Below are positions 40,390 through 50,362 of a stretch of DNA of 64,000 nt, one piece after another (position 1 is the first letter of the stretch; the number at the start of each line of letters is the position of its first letter). The notes beneath the pieces are model-generated. The model ran no database searches. It had not been told where the DNA came from and saw nothing but the letters and a program-made list of their open reading frames with translations. Source of the stretch: a virus; UHGV virus genome UHGV-1579991; one strand, written 5' to 3'. A program made the position numbers and the translations under genes.

Positions 40390-41397
40390 TTATGCGTTGT
40401 GAGCCCAGTTCAGCCAAACGTCATCTATTGACTGTGTAGTGTATTCACAATCATACAAGAAATTTACAAGAGCATCATAATTGCGTCTGCCCCACAATTT
40501 GTGCTTCAAACTGCCGATTTCTTCGTCTTTCTTGTAATTGTTGTAGATTCGTTCAAGCATTGCTGAAGAGCCTGCTTTTGTGTCATATTCTGCCTCAAAC
40601 AAACAGCCACAACTTGCTTTCTTTACAATTATGCGGTCATACATTGACACTACTGCTCTCAAAATGCTTTTTGACTGCAATCGTAACACATCAAGTTTAT
40701 TGCATTGAGACTCCCATTTTTTGTACAATGTGTTGAATGATGGATTGTCAAGCAGCTTGTCTGCAATTGCGTATGCAAACGACATTGCATGCCAATCATC
40801 TGTTCTGAAGTCCTCTGTGTTATGCTTATTGTAATATGCGCCAGTCGGTGCACAACCAATAAATGCTTCAAGTTGTCCAGCGTCATTTCGCAATATACGC
40901 AATGAATGCTTATTAAAGAATGACACCCATATGCGATTATGCGCAACTATCACAGAATACTTGTTTTCACATTTTGCTGCAGCATCGCTTATTGAACGAC
41001 AATCAATCTGCTTGCAAATTGATGTTATGAATGCTGCAAACTCTTCATGCTTCTTGAGCTTGTTTTGCGTGACGTCATATAGATGCAACAAACCATTGAC
41101 AACAGAGTCAAGCTTAGCTTCATCAGACTCAAAACTACCAAATGTTTCAAAGACTCGCATCTCTTTGTCAACAAGCATTTCTACGATTGCGTCAATATCT
41201 TTGCTAAGCAGTGTTTTGGGTTCTAACGTTGCATGCATAAATGTCAATTGAAGCAGCGCATTCGCAGTTTGTTCAGACAGCACGTCATTTGCGCGCGCAA
41301 TGTCGATTGCAGCTTTAAGTTCTGTTCGTTTGACTTCAAAATATCGTTGCAGCTGTAGTTTAAGTTGCTGAGAATAGACATTATTTGGTCTGAGCAT
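40390..41397 (-). CDS. hypothetical protein, 335 aa
   Basis: Long ORF; no motif recognised. Confidence 0.65.
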   Translation of the reverse strand: MLRPNNVYSQQLKLQLQRYFEVKRTELKAAIDIARANDVLSEQTANALLQLTFMHATLEPKTLLSKDIDAIVEMLVDKEMRVFETFGSFESDEAKLDSVVNGLLHLYDVTQNKLKKHEEFAAFITSICKQIDCRSISDAAAKCENKYSVIVAHNRIWVSFFNKHSLRILRNDAGQLEAFIGCAPTGAYYNKHNTEDFRTDDWHAMSFAYAIADKLLDNPSFNTLYKKWESQCNKLDVLRLQSKSILRAVVSMYDRIIVKKASCGCLFEAEYDTKAGSSAMLERIYNNYKKDEEIGSLKHKLWGRRNYDALVNFLYDCEYTTQSIDDVWLNWAHNA

Positions 41398-41500
41398 ATT
41401 TGGGATGGACTCTTACGTTTATTTAAGAATAAAGTACCACAAGTTGTCAAGTTTTGCTAACTTTGACGACTTGTGGTACGTCTGTTTTATGCATGCACTG

Positions 41501-41869
41501 TTATTTGATTGCGCGTTCAAACATTCTGCAGCACCAGTCTTTATATGCTGGATTGCCCTTAACATCTGCTCGGAATGCACAGTTGATAAGAGTCTTCTCT
41601 TCATCAACAAAGCATGCATAACGACAGTTTGCACAGCAACGAGCATCTTCTTGCTTAGTACAGAATGCTGCACATGTCATGTCATCTTCTGTGTTGCGAA
41701 TTGTTTTTGTTGGCGTGTATTCATAAGTGCACTGACAAATGCCATTATGTTCACGATGAAAGAAGCAATTTTTGCAAACATGCGCAACTTCTTCAACTGG
41801 TGCTGATGCTGCATATGTTTGTTCTTGCTCTACTGCAGACTGTGCAGCAGCTTTAGTCTTTTTTGCCAT
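41501..41869 (-). CDS. Cys-rich small protein, about 122 aa; start trimmed
   Basis: Track ORF started inside the tandem repeat (TTG); first ATG is at 41869 (MAKKTKAAAQ...); 14 Cys residues. Confidence 0.55.
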   Translation of the reverse strand: MAKKTKAAAQSAVEQEQTYAASAPVEEVAHVCKNCFFHREHNGICQCTYEYTPTKTIRNTEDDMTCAAFCTKQEDARCCANCRYACFVDEEKTLINCAFRADVKGNPAYKDWCCRMFERAIK

Positions 41870-41894
41870 TGTATCAAATGTTTGTATTTGTAAG

Positions 41895-41970
41895 TTGTTT
41901 TGATGCAAAATGCAAAACAATATAAAATTGTTTTGATGCAAAATGCAAAACAATATAAAATTGTTTTGAT
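41895..41970. repeat. tandem direct repeat, 33-bp unit x about 2.3 (ttgttttgatgcaaaatgcaaaacaatataaaa)
   Basis: Read directly from the sequence; intergenic, upstream of the Cys-rich gene; each unit carries two TGCAAAA half-sites. Confidence 0.8.
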
Positions 41971-41972
41971 AT

Positions 41973-43877
41973 CTACAAAGATTTGAACAATTCCTCGTAT
42001 GTTACAATTTTCTTGCCTTTTGCAAGTGCTGCTTTCATTTTGTTCGACAGCTTGTTGACATCATTTGTGACAACATAGTCACATGCATCAATGTTTGCAC
42101 CGACATCTTCAAGCTTACCATTTGCTGCATCAATAAATGCACCTTTTGTTGCCCAAGTAGGCTTAGGCGAGCCTGTCATGACAACCTTGATTGTGTTAGC
42201 ATGCGCAGATGCTTCTTTATGCATTTCATTGAACATCACGAAGCATTGTGGAAAGCGCTTGAGTAATCTTTGTATGACATTCAACTTTATGAGCCTGTCA
42301 ATTGGCTCCATGCTCAAGCCCTTAAAGTCATACTGGCAATTGCTAAAGTACGCAGACAACTGATATGCAGCTTTACCACCGAGACCAGGAATCTGCATGC
42401 ATTCAATGAAATGCGACAAGTGAATGCTACTGAAGCGTTCACGTAAGCCTGCAATGACTGTACGGTCATTTTTGCTGTTTGTGTCAAACTGCAGCAGCTC
42501 AAACAGTCGTTCATTGTCAACTTCTTGCACAATGCAGAACAAGTCTTCAATTGTGGGCGCATCAGAGAATGTCAACATGACATCAAGATTGTCTTGTGCA
42601 ATAAGCAATGCTTCACAAATTTTCGTAGCATAAACCCAGCCAAGCCCATCAATATTAAGCTTGCAAACGCCTTTGATAAACCTCGTGCATCTTGCAAATT
42701 CCTCAGGCATCATCAAGTGAATGCCATCGACATATGCATGTACAGGAATGTCAGCTTTGCTGCTATCACCAGGTTCAATACATTCTTGAATGTCTGGAAT
42801 AATGTCACCGCCCTTTTCAATACGAACAAGAGCGCCTGGCCAAATACCATTTGCATGCAAAAAGCCATAGTGAAATGCTGAAGCTGCTTTTACTGTAGTG
42901 CCATCAAGCTCAACAGGCTCAAGTTCAACTCTCGGAAAAAGCTCACCATTGATTCGCTGACGCCAATCAATTCGAGTCACTCGAGTTACAGCAGACATTG
43001 CGTCAAGCTTCAATGCAACCATGTTTGCATATTCTGCTGCATTTGCAAACTGCTGCTCAATCCACAAGTCATCTGCAAAAGGCTTGACTACAATGCCATC
43101 AATGCGATATTTGAATTCTGAACGCCCATTGGCAATTTTTGTGCAAGTTTCTGCAAACTCATTGTAATCAGTGACTTCAAAGACTTCTGCAATGAATTCT
43201 GCAGGCCAGCCAACTTTAGCAAGAGCATCTGCAGGATTGGTTTGCTCATATGTTTTGCCATCAAGTGTGTCAGTCAGCATGTATGCCATAGGGTCAATGT
43301 CTTCCATGCCACACATGTCTAATGACTTCACAAATGCTGCAGCAGTATTGCGCTCATTTTTGTATTTGACAGAGCCATCAGCATTGAAATGATATTTTTG
43401 TGCAAAAATGTCTTTTGCAATGACAGCCTCAAAGCGAATTTGATATGGCTGTTCTGCTGCAGCAAGCTGCATCGGCACTTTGCCTGCTACAACAAATTTG
43501 CGCGTGACATCATAGCCCGTATAGCCATCACCACGAGTAACAACTTTTAGCAATCTGCCATCAGTGTCGTAATGTGCTTCACAGCCCATGCCATCATACT
43601 TGTGCATAAGCAGCATTTCATGACCAACAATGTTGCACACAGTATCATGCAACGCAGTTGTAAACTGTGACTTTGTATGAATTGCAGCAAGACTCAATGC
43701 AGGTGTAAGATGCTTAACTTCTTGTTTATTTGACTCTTCAAAGCGAATCTTATGTTTAATGTCGCTATTTGCAAGAAGCTGCTGTTCAAGAGCATCAAAT
43801 GCCTCATCAGACATTATCGGATTGCCTGCATAATACGCAGCTATTGCGTCATGGTACATATTGAGTGTATCAGTCAT
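41973..43877 (-). CDS. ligA: NAD-dependent DNA ligase-like protein, 634 aa
   Basis: N-terminal Ia-like segment (AYYAGNPIMSDEAFDALEQQL) and adenylation motif KYDG with downstream TRGDG; motif-level call. Confidence 0.65.
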   Translation of the reverse strand: MTDTLNMYHDAIAAYYAGNPIMSDEAFDALEQQLLANSDIKHKIRFEESNKQEVKHLTPALSLAAIHTKSQFTTALHDTVCNIVGHEMLLMHKYDGMGCEAHYDTDGRLLKVVTRGDGYTGYDVTRKFVVAGKVPMQLAAAEQPYQIRFEAVIAKDIFAQKYHFNADGSVKYKNERNTAAAFVKSLDMCGMEDIDPMAYMLTDTLDGKTYEQTNPADALAKVGWPAEFIAEVFEVTDYNEFAETCTKIANGRSEFKYRIDGIVVKPFADDLWIEQQFANAAEYANMVALKLDAMSAVTRVTRIDWRQRINGELFPRVELEPVELDGTTVKAASAFHYGFLHANGIWPGALVRIEKGGDIIPDIQECIEPGDSSKADIPVHAYVDGIHLMMPEEFARCTRFIKGVCKLNIDGLGWVYATKICEALLIAQDNLDVMLTFSDAPTIEDLFCIVQEVDNERLFELLQFDTNSKNDRTVIAGLRERFSSIHLSHFIECMQIPGLGGKAAYQLSAYFSNCQYDFKGLSMEPIDRLIKLNVIQRLLKRFPQCFVMFNEMHKEASAHANTIKVVMTGSPKPTWATKGAFIDAANGKLEDVGANIDACDYVVTNDVNKLSNKMKAALAKGKKIVTYEELFKSL

Positions 43878-44109
43878 CGTCTTCTTCTGTTAAATCATTT
43901 TCTTCTACCAATGTGTCAGTTGTGTCAATATCTGGAAATTCGTAGTTGTTAGGTCGTTTTACGCTAATGTCATGCAAATGCTTCATAAGTTCATCACGAG
44001 TCATAAAGAACGTGTTATTATTGTCATTTGCATACATTAAAGACTTTGCTGTAGATTCATATGTAGTTGCCGTGCACATATACAACGGCAAGCCATTCAG
44101 TGTTGGCAT
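43870..44109 (-). CDS. hypothetical small acidic protein, 79 aa
   Basis: ORF; C-terminal EENDLTEEDDD. Confidence 0.45.
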   Translation of the reverse strand: MPTLNGLPLYMCTATTYESTAKSLMYANDNNNTFFMTRDELMKHLHDISVKRPNNYEFPDIDTTDTLVEENDLTEEDDD

Positions 44110-44110
44110 T

Positions 44111-44554
44111 TCATTGCAATTGTTTTTGATACGCTATCAATTCATTAAGCAGTTCATCTGCATGACATTGAACAAGTAGTTGCCACGTTTTTGAATCAAT
44201 GTCTTCAGTTTGCATGTACAAGTCTACTACTCGTTTGTCAAACTTGTTTATTGCATCTATAGTAGCATTACTTACAGGCTTGTCAACTTTCTTACCGCTG
44301 ATAAAAGACCATTTTGGCTGTCTTGCATTACTAAGTTCTCTATGATAAGCATTCATAACTTGTGTCATGTCCATACCGAGTTTGTTGAATGCTTGAGCAA
44401 TCTGCGGAAAGGCTATGGCAACATTGCGATTTGTCATGAATGCATTGTCTGCTTTTTGTTTTGCAGTCAACTTATCATAATCGCTATCACGAACATACAG
44501 CAACTCCTTAAATTTGAAGAAGTCTACTTTTTGTGTGATGAATTGTTCTGCCAT
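44111..44554 (-). CDS. hypothetical protein, 147 aa
   Basis: ORF in the array. Confidence 0.55.
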   Translation of the reverse strand: MAEQFITQKVDFFKFKELLYVRDSDYDKLTAKQKADNAFMTNRNVAIAFPQIAQAFNKLGMDMTQVMNAYHRELSNARQPKWSFISGKKVDKPVSNATIDAINKFDKRVVDLYMQTEDIDSKTWQLLVQCHADELLNELIAYQKQLQ

Positions 44555-44608
44555 TGAAGTTTATTGTTATATAGTGATATAATACAACAAAAATCTCAAA
44601 TTTGCACA

Positions 44609-45118
44609 CTACGATGGCTTTTTGTCATCAAATTTGAAAATGACTGGCATTGCAGAATCAGGCTTTATGTCGCCTTTGTTAACTGCGTCATTTAAGCATT
44701 CTACAATCTTTTTGCCAAGGTCTTTTACTTCTGCAGGAATTTTCTCGTATGGCACATTTGATGACAGTTGAAGCTCATTTTGCTGATGCTCGTTTTGTTG
44801 AAGCTCTGCTGTTTCAGATAGCTGCTTGTCAATTCGAGTAAACATCAATTCATCACGTGCATCAATAAATTCTTGAATTGCTTGCAGCTGCTCAATGCTG
44901 CATATGACAACACATTGCAATAAGTTTGATGCATCATAGAATGACATGCCAATAATTCGTGTAGTGTCACAATCGAATGCGCAATTGATGTCTTTCAATG
45001 TGTCCATAAATGACATTGATAAGTCTTCAATGCCTGATACATCTGCAATGCTGAACACAAATTGTGTGCTGCCAACGCATTCATGCTCATCTGAAAATAT
45101 GAGCTTATCTACTGTCAT
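44609..45118 (-). CDS. hypothetical protein, 169 aa
   Basis: ORF in the array. Confidence 0.55.
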   Translation of the reverse strand: MTVDKLIFSDEHECVGSTQFVFSIADVSGIEDLSMSFMDTLKDINCAFDCDTTRIIGMSFYDASNLLQCVVICSIEQLQAIQEFIDARDELMFTRIDKQLSETAELQQNEHQQNELQLSSNVPYEKIPAEVKDLGKKIVECLNDAVNKGDIKPDSAMPVIFKFDDKKPS

Positions 45119-45330
45119 TTCGTAGTTGCTTTTGTGATGATGCCCTTTGCAAGCATCTTTTTGTATGTGTCATAGCCGATAATGTCAATTGTTGTGTCGT
45201 TTACTCGCCGAACAATCAACTCTGCTTTATCTGCAGCAGACATGATGTTATCTGCAGCTTCTTTGTTTGCAGTGATAGCAGACCATTTACCATTACCGAG
45301 CTTAGTTATGTTTGCTTTGATTGATGTCAT
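45115..45330 (-). CDS. hypothetical small protein, 71 aa
   Basis: ORF with 4-nt overlap to the downstream gene. Confidence 0.45.
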   Translation of the reverse strand: MTSIKANITKLGNGKWSAITANKEAADNIMSAADKAELIVRRVNDTTIDIIGYDTYKKMLAKGIITKATTK

Positions 45331-45335
45331 TGTTG

Positions 45336-46679
45336 TCAGAATTGAAACATGTTATTGATAAATGCGTCGCCAAACTGCGCATCTGCAGCTTTTGACGTTG
45401 TGTCATACGTTGCTGCATTGATGCCAAGTGCAGTTATTGTTGATTGCGCATCTACAAGTTCATACACTTTGCAGCTCGGCTTTGTAATGTCTGTAAACGA
45501 CATTGTGTACATGAAGTTTTCAAAGATATGTCTTGGTACTTCACGTGCATTCAAACATGCAAGTTGTCTATTTTCTGCAAATCGCGCCTTGAGCCATTCA
45601 AAGTCATCTGCAGGTACTGAGTCAACATTCATGAATGTCTTATATGCTGCAGTCAAAAACATTGCAATGACTTCGTCATCATACAAATCTTCACCAAGCA
45701 TATATCGCATGCCAGGTTCCAACTGTTTTGCATTGTTAGTTTCAATACCAAGAGACTTCAATGCATCGTAGATTTGGCCTACAGATAAATGCGACCAATT
45801 GTTGCCACGTTTCTTGAGCTTGCCAAACAATTCTGGGATGTTGTCACCAGCATCACCAAGCACAATCTTGTAAAACAAGAAACTTGGCACATGTTCATGA
45901 ATCTCAGCATCAACATACTCAAGCAATGCTGCATATGGGTTGTCAAGAATACGTGTTTTAACTTGAGCACCAGCAAAGCTGTCGAAGATGCTGCCGCCGA
46001 CATTCTGCGACTTTTCACCAGCAAGTTCTTTGATGTGTTCAAGCACAAACTTGTCGCCCATCAGTACTCGAGACTTCTGCCACCCATTTGCTTTGCAGCC
46101 ATTTTTGATGATTGCATATGCTGAACATGCGCCAGTGTTTGTGTTGACACATACACATTGAGTCAAGTCTTTATCAGTGCCTTGATACAGCACATTGCGG
46201 CCTTTTGATGTTGCATATCTACTAAGCATGAAGATGACATCATCAGCCTCTGCTTCAGAAAGCTTGATGTGACGAATGCCATGTACTTCTTGCATCAACT
46301 TAAGCCATTCAAAATATACACCATAAACTTTGAGCCAGTTGATTGTCTGGTCATACGTTCGAGTGCCTTTGTAACCAGCATCTTCACCTTGTTCAAAGCC
46401 TTCTCTTGTCAAATATTGATGCTTTGAGCGCCACAAATTCGACTTTTTGTCATCGACAGCAATAATGACATCATCAACGACATCTTCAAGTCTACGAAGC
46501 TCATTACAAAGGTCGAGCGTTAACTTGGATATCAAAGACAGTCTTGATGCATTCTCATTCTTTTCGAATGACAAGTCTGTACCTGATTTTGCTAATACTG
46601 GCACTCTGCTCTTAACCCACCAGCTCCCGTCAATTACGTAAATGAACTTGTGATTATGAGTATTGTCAAGCTTTGTCAT
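45336..46679 (-). CDS. 5'-3' exonuclease / flap endonuclease (FEN, RNase H-like), 447 aa
   Basis: FIYVIDGSWW, SEAEADDVIFML and GDAGDNIP motifs matching the 5'-3' exonuclease family. Confidence 0.8.
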   Translation of the reverse strand: MTKLDNTHNHKFIYVIDGSWWVKSRVPVLAKSGTDLSFEKNENASRLSLISKLTLDLCNELRRLEDVVDDVIIAVDDKKSNLWRSKHQYLTREGFEQGEDAGYKGTRTYDQTINWLKVYGVYFEWLKLMQEVHGIRHIKLSEAEADDVIFMLSRYATSKGRNVLYQGTDKDLTQCVCVNTNTGACSAYAIIKNGCKANGWQKSRVLMGDKFVLEHIKELAGEKSQNVGGSIFDSFAGAQVKTRILDNPYAALLEYVDAEIHEHVPSFLFYKIVLGDAGDNIPELFGKLKKRGNNWSHLSVGQIYDALKSLGIETNNAKQLEPGMRYMLGEDLYDDEVIAMFLTAAYKTFMNVDSVPADDFEWLKARFAENRQLACLNAREVPRHIFENFMYTMSFTDITKPSCKVYELVDAQSTITALGINAATYDTTSKAADAQFGDAFINNMFQF

Positions 46680-46927
46680 TGTCTGAATGCTTTTGCAATT
46701 GCTGATGTTGAGAGCATTGGCACACTACCATTTTTGAAGCGAGGCTTTTTGTTTGACAACGACCACTTTTGCTTATGCCACTTTGAACAGCTTGTGCCAC
46801 GATTTGTTACATCTGCGCCGGACCTTGAGCACTTGAGTCGGAAATCTTGTGCAGATGTGCCATGCTTCTTTATTGAATGTTGACAATTATAACAGCATTT
46901 ATCGTGTCGTTCTACTGGATATCTCAT
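46676..46927 (-). CDS. small Cys/His-rich protein, about 83 aa; start trimmed
   Basis: Internal ATG of track ORF 46676-47035, placed just after the upstream gene's stop; HDKCCYNCQH motif. Confidence 0.4.
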   Translation of the reverse strand: MRYPVERHDKCCYNCQHSIKKHGTSAQDFRLKCSRSGADVTNRGTSCSKWHKQKWSLSNKKPRFKNGSVPMLSTSAIAKAFRQ

Positions 46928-46928
46928 G

Positions 46929-47396
46929 TCATTCAATGATAAGTGTATGACCAACTTCTTTCGCAAATGATACAATGCAGCCAAACAATTGCGGGTCGCA
47001 CCAAGGTTTGATGAACTGCTGCCACCAGTGAACATCAGATGACACCATCATTTCTTTGACAAGGTCTTCCTTTTCCCTGTCAAGATATGCAATATCACCC
47101 AACGCAAACATTGACTTCAAGATATTATCATCACTCATGTCAAACTTGCCAAGCCCTTGTTCGTCAACTTTTCGTGCAACTTTGATTGCATCGGGCAGCT
47201 TACATGCGCCATTTGCGCACAAACATGCTGCAAGAATTACAAATGCAGGCTTCTTATCCTGTGCAAGTCTGTATGCCCAATTGCGTGTAGCAGGAAAGTT
47301 TGGCACTCTGATGTCTACACCTTGAGGCAGATTGGATTCTTTAACTGCTTTAAGCTTGGCATCACTGCCAACCATGCCCATCTTTATTTGTGTCAT
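46929..47396 (-). CDS. hypothetical protein, 155 aa
   Basis: ORF in the array. Confidence 0.55.
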   Translation of the reverse strand: MTQIKMGMVGSDAKLKAVKESNLPQGVDIRVPNFPATRNWAYRLAQDKKPAFVILAACLCANGACKLPDAIKVARKVDEQGLGKFDMSDDNILKSMFALGDIAYLDREKEDLVKEMMVSSDVHWWQQFIKPWCDPQLFGCIVSFAKEVGHTLIIE

Positions 47397-47523
47397 ATAT
47401 CAATCTTGGTCAAGAAATTGTTCTTCGTCATTTGGTTGTTTCTTTGTCGACTCATCGACATTGTCTGCATCAAGCCACTTGTCATCTTGCTCGACTGTTC
47501 CAGTATCTGGTGTGTTCATATTG

Positions 47524-47919
47524 TTATCGGTTCTTTGAAAATGAAACTTGCGTTGATTGCTGTGGTCGAACATCAACAAACACTGAATCTACTGCGTCAA
47601 ACTTAAGCGTAGCAAGTGAATCAATTGTTTGCCTTGCTTTTTGCAAATTGCGTGCTTTGATGCCTGATACTGTTGCAGATTTTTCAAGCAGATATGCATC
47701 ACGAGGCGTCCAGTAGCGAGCCTGCCAACGCATATGCATAGAGTCGACAACCAAATTTTCTGCTGCAGCATCAATAATTGCTGCAGTTGATTGCTGAGTT
47801 GCATCAAGTCGTTGCTGCAATACTGCTAATTGCTTTGTGTGCTGCTGTTGATGTTTGAATACTATGCTGATTGCTCCAAATAAGAGAAACCATGCAATAA
47901 AACGCAAAAATGACTTCAT
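47524..47919 (-). CDS. hypothetical membrane-anchored protein, 131 aa
   Basis: N-terminal hydrophobic segment FIAWFLLFGAISIVF. Confidence 0.5.
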   Translation of the reverse strand: MKSFLRFIAWFLLFGAISIVFKHQQQHTKQLAVLQQRLDATQQSTAAIIDAAAENLVVDSMHMRWQARYWTPRDAYLLEKSATVSGIKARNLQKARQTIDSLATLKFDAVDSVFVDVRPQQSTQVSFSKNR

Positions 47920-48890
47920 GATTGCTGCACGAATTTTGAGAGCTCGAATGACAATGCGAGCATTGTTATGAATTGGTCAATTGACTGTTTAGACTCTACA
48001 CTGTATTTGTGAGCTGCAATGACAATGTCTCCAAGTCGTGCAACAAAACCAGGCGTATTCTTTGAGAGCTTTGCATAGCACCAATTTGCAAAGTCAGTTG
48101 AGAGAGCATTGATGACTTCAGTTTCACGACCTTTGTATTGTGACAATGTTTTGTAAAATTCACGCGGGTCTTTGCATGCGACAATGAAGTCATACAGTTC
48201 TTCAAACTTTGCTGACATGCCCTTTGTGACATGCTCAAGCGTTATATGACGCTCACCTTGATTGAAGACAAAGTAGCAAATGTTCAGAATTTTGCGGAAG
48301 TCTGGATAGTTATCTTGAATTAGCTTGATGAGCGCTTCTTTTTCAATGGTGCATTCATTTTCCTTCAAGATATTGTAGACGCGAACCATGCACTTCTTCA
48401 TCAACTGTTCTGCAATATCATCAGAAAAGTCGAATGACAGCATTTTGAGACGAGATTGAGCAATTGATGCATCAATACGGTCTGGATAATTGCAAGTTGC
48501 AATGAAAAACGCAATGCCTGCAAACTCTTCAATGGTGCCTCGCAAAGCCATCTGGCTTTGTGTCGATAGATAATCCATTTCATCAAGCAGCACAACCTTT
48601 ACGCCACTTGACGACAATGACATATGCTGACAGAATTCTGAAATTGTGTTGCGAACTGTGTCAATGCCAGAATTCTTTGAGCAGTTGATTTGCAGAATTG
48701 AACGTCTATCAGTCCACTTCAATGCCAATGCTCTTGCTGCGGTTGTTTTTCCACTTCCTGGTGCTCCTGCGAACAAATAATTTTGCGGCTGACCATTAAA
48801 TGCCGCAGCATAATCATCAGGCACAATTAACTCTTCGACTTTTGTTGGCCTGTAGCGTTCTAACCAAGTTCTATCTTTAAGGGATGCCAT
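47916..48890 (-). CDS. clamp loader subunit (RFC / gp44-like AAA+ ATPase), about 324 aa; start trimmed
   Basis: WLERYRPTKVEEL ... LFAGAPGSGKTT (Walker A) ... LLDEMDYL (Walker B); start moved to ATG 48890 (MASLKD). Confidence 0.75.
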   Translation of the reverse strand: MASLKDRTWLERYRPTKVEELIVPDDYAAAFNGQPQNYLFAGAPGSGKTTAARALALKWTDRRSILQINCSKNSGIDTVRNTISEFCQHMSLSSSGVKVVLLDEMDYLSTQSQMALRGTIEEFAGIAFFIATCNYPDRIDASIAQSRLKMLSFDFSDDIAEQLMKKCMVRVYNILKENECTIEKEALIKLIQDNYPDFRKILNICYFVFNQGERHITLEHVTKGMSAKFEELYDFIVACKDPREFYKTLSQYKGRETEVINALSTDFANWCYAKLSKNTPGFVARLGDIVIAAHKYSVESKQSIDQFITMLALSFELSKFVQQS

Positions 48891-48934
48891 TTGTTGTTTG
48901 TTGATATATGTAAAAATATTGTACAACAATACTG

Positions 48935-50126
48935 TCATTTTTGCACAGCATGGCCGCAATCGTACACAGGCACATAACCAGCGTCAAGCATTTGTTGTTC
49001 ATCTACTTCTGCAGTATGCGCAGCATACAGTCGCTTCTTGTAATTCCACCAATGTTTTCTAATAGTCAATTTGTCATTGCATATGACAGGATTTTTTGAC
49101 AAGTCTGTGCTATCTACACGTTCATTGCATAAATGCTGTCGTATGATTTCTACAACGTCATCAGGGTTATCCCAATCCCATATTGTAATGCATATGTAGC
49201 CTGCTGTAAGTGCTGCTTGAGTTTTTCTAAAATGTCTATCATTAGGAATTGGCAAATTGCGTTTAGATTTGCCAATTGCATATGCAAAGCCAAATGCAGC
49301 ATTATGTGAAAACGATGGGTTGATTTCTATTAGTAGATGCTTATAATGCAAATCATAAGAAAATCTGCCAATATTGACATCATCAAATGTGCAATCAATG
49401 TTAAGTCGTTGCAGCAAAAAATCATGCCACCAACGATTAACCGTTGTAATGGTGCGCCCATTAGCATGCCGACAACGCTCAGTCATAACAAACCAAGGTA
49501 CACCATAGCGTTCAAGATTTGTTTGCATGCGTTTTGCAGTGCCACCATATTCATCACCGTATCGTAATCTGCGTGTATGAACTGCTTTTAATGGGTTGCC
49601 AGCAGAATTGCCATATCGTAGCATCTTTGTTTGCTGCGCTTTAGCAGTAATTACACCATGGTCAGGATAGTGTTCGCGTATTGTTTGCTGCACTTTAGTA
49701 GCATTCCATGTGCGATAGCCGTACTTGTGTAATTTTGTTTGCTGGGCTTTTTGCATGTTGTTATAATATGGGTCGCCATAGCGTTCTTCTTTAATTTTGC
49801 ACATTAACTGTTGGTCGCCAAATGCATTGCCATATTTTGCAAGTTTTGTTGCCTTAAATTTAGTCATGTCGCCAAGCCCATTGCCATATCTTTCTCGTTT
49901 TGTTGCGACACCTTTGTTTGTAAATTCTTTTTAATTGCGCAGTGTTTTCAACACCATATTTACGCAAATTGCTTATACGACTGTTATATGTACGTTTGCA
50001 AATTGTGTATTGTGAGTAGCGTTTATGCTGAGGTCGTTCTTTAGACGCAGTTTGCAATATCACATCTCTTTCCTCTTCAAGTTCTTTTATGCGAGCTTCA
50101 AGAGCTTCTCCAGTTAATGGTTCCAT
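48935..50126 (-). pseudogene. repeat-rich (RYG-x-G) homing-endonuclease-like gene, paralog 3, split by a frameshift
   Basis: Two overlapping ORFs (49860-50126 and 48935-49867); homology to paralog 2 continues across a T5 run at about 49928-49932 only if one base is removed. Confidence 0.6.
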
Positions 50127-50155
50127 ATGTCATTTGTGTAAATGTCAACAAAAAT

Positions 50156-50192
50156 AGCGCAGCAGTGTAATCTCACGACTAACTGCTGCGCT
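50156..50192 (-). terminator. terminator-like hairpin (10-bp stem agcgcagcag/ctgctgcgct, 17-nt loop) downstream of the helicase gene
   Basis: T-run follows on the minus strand (atttttgttg). Confidence 0.5.
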
Positions 50193-50362
50193 TGAACATT
50201 GTGCTATGAAAGAATGACCATCCCAAACACCCAAACAAGCACAAATGTTCCGACACAAGAAAACGGAAGAACCCGAAAGAAGCGAGGAGCACGCTTTGTT
50301 TGTGACTGGATTATGTTATCAATGTATGTACTTATAGGGTGTTTGTTCGTGGGTTCTTGTCA

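Noticed and set aside
41870-41953. N-terminal extension of the Cys-rich protein (MFCILHQNNFILFCILHQNN...)
   Set aside because: It is the translation of the 33-bp tandem repeat from a TTG start; the first ATG (41869) gives a sensible N-terminus.
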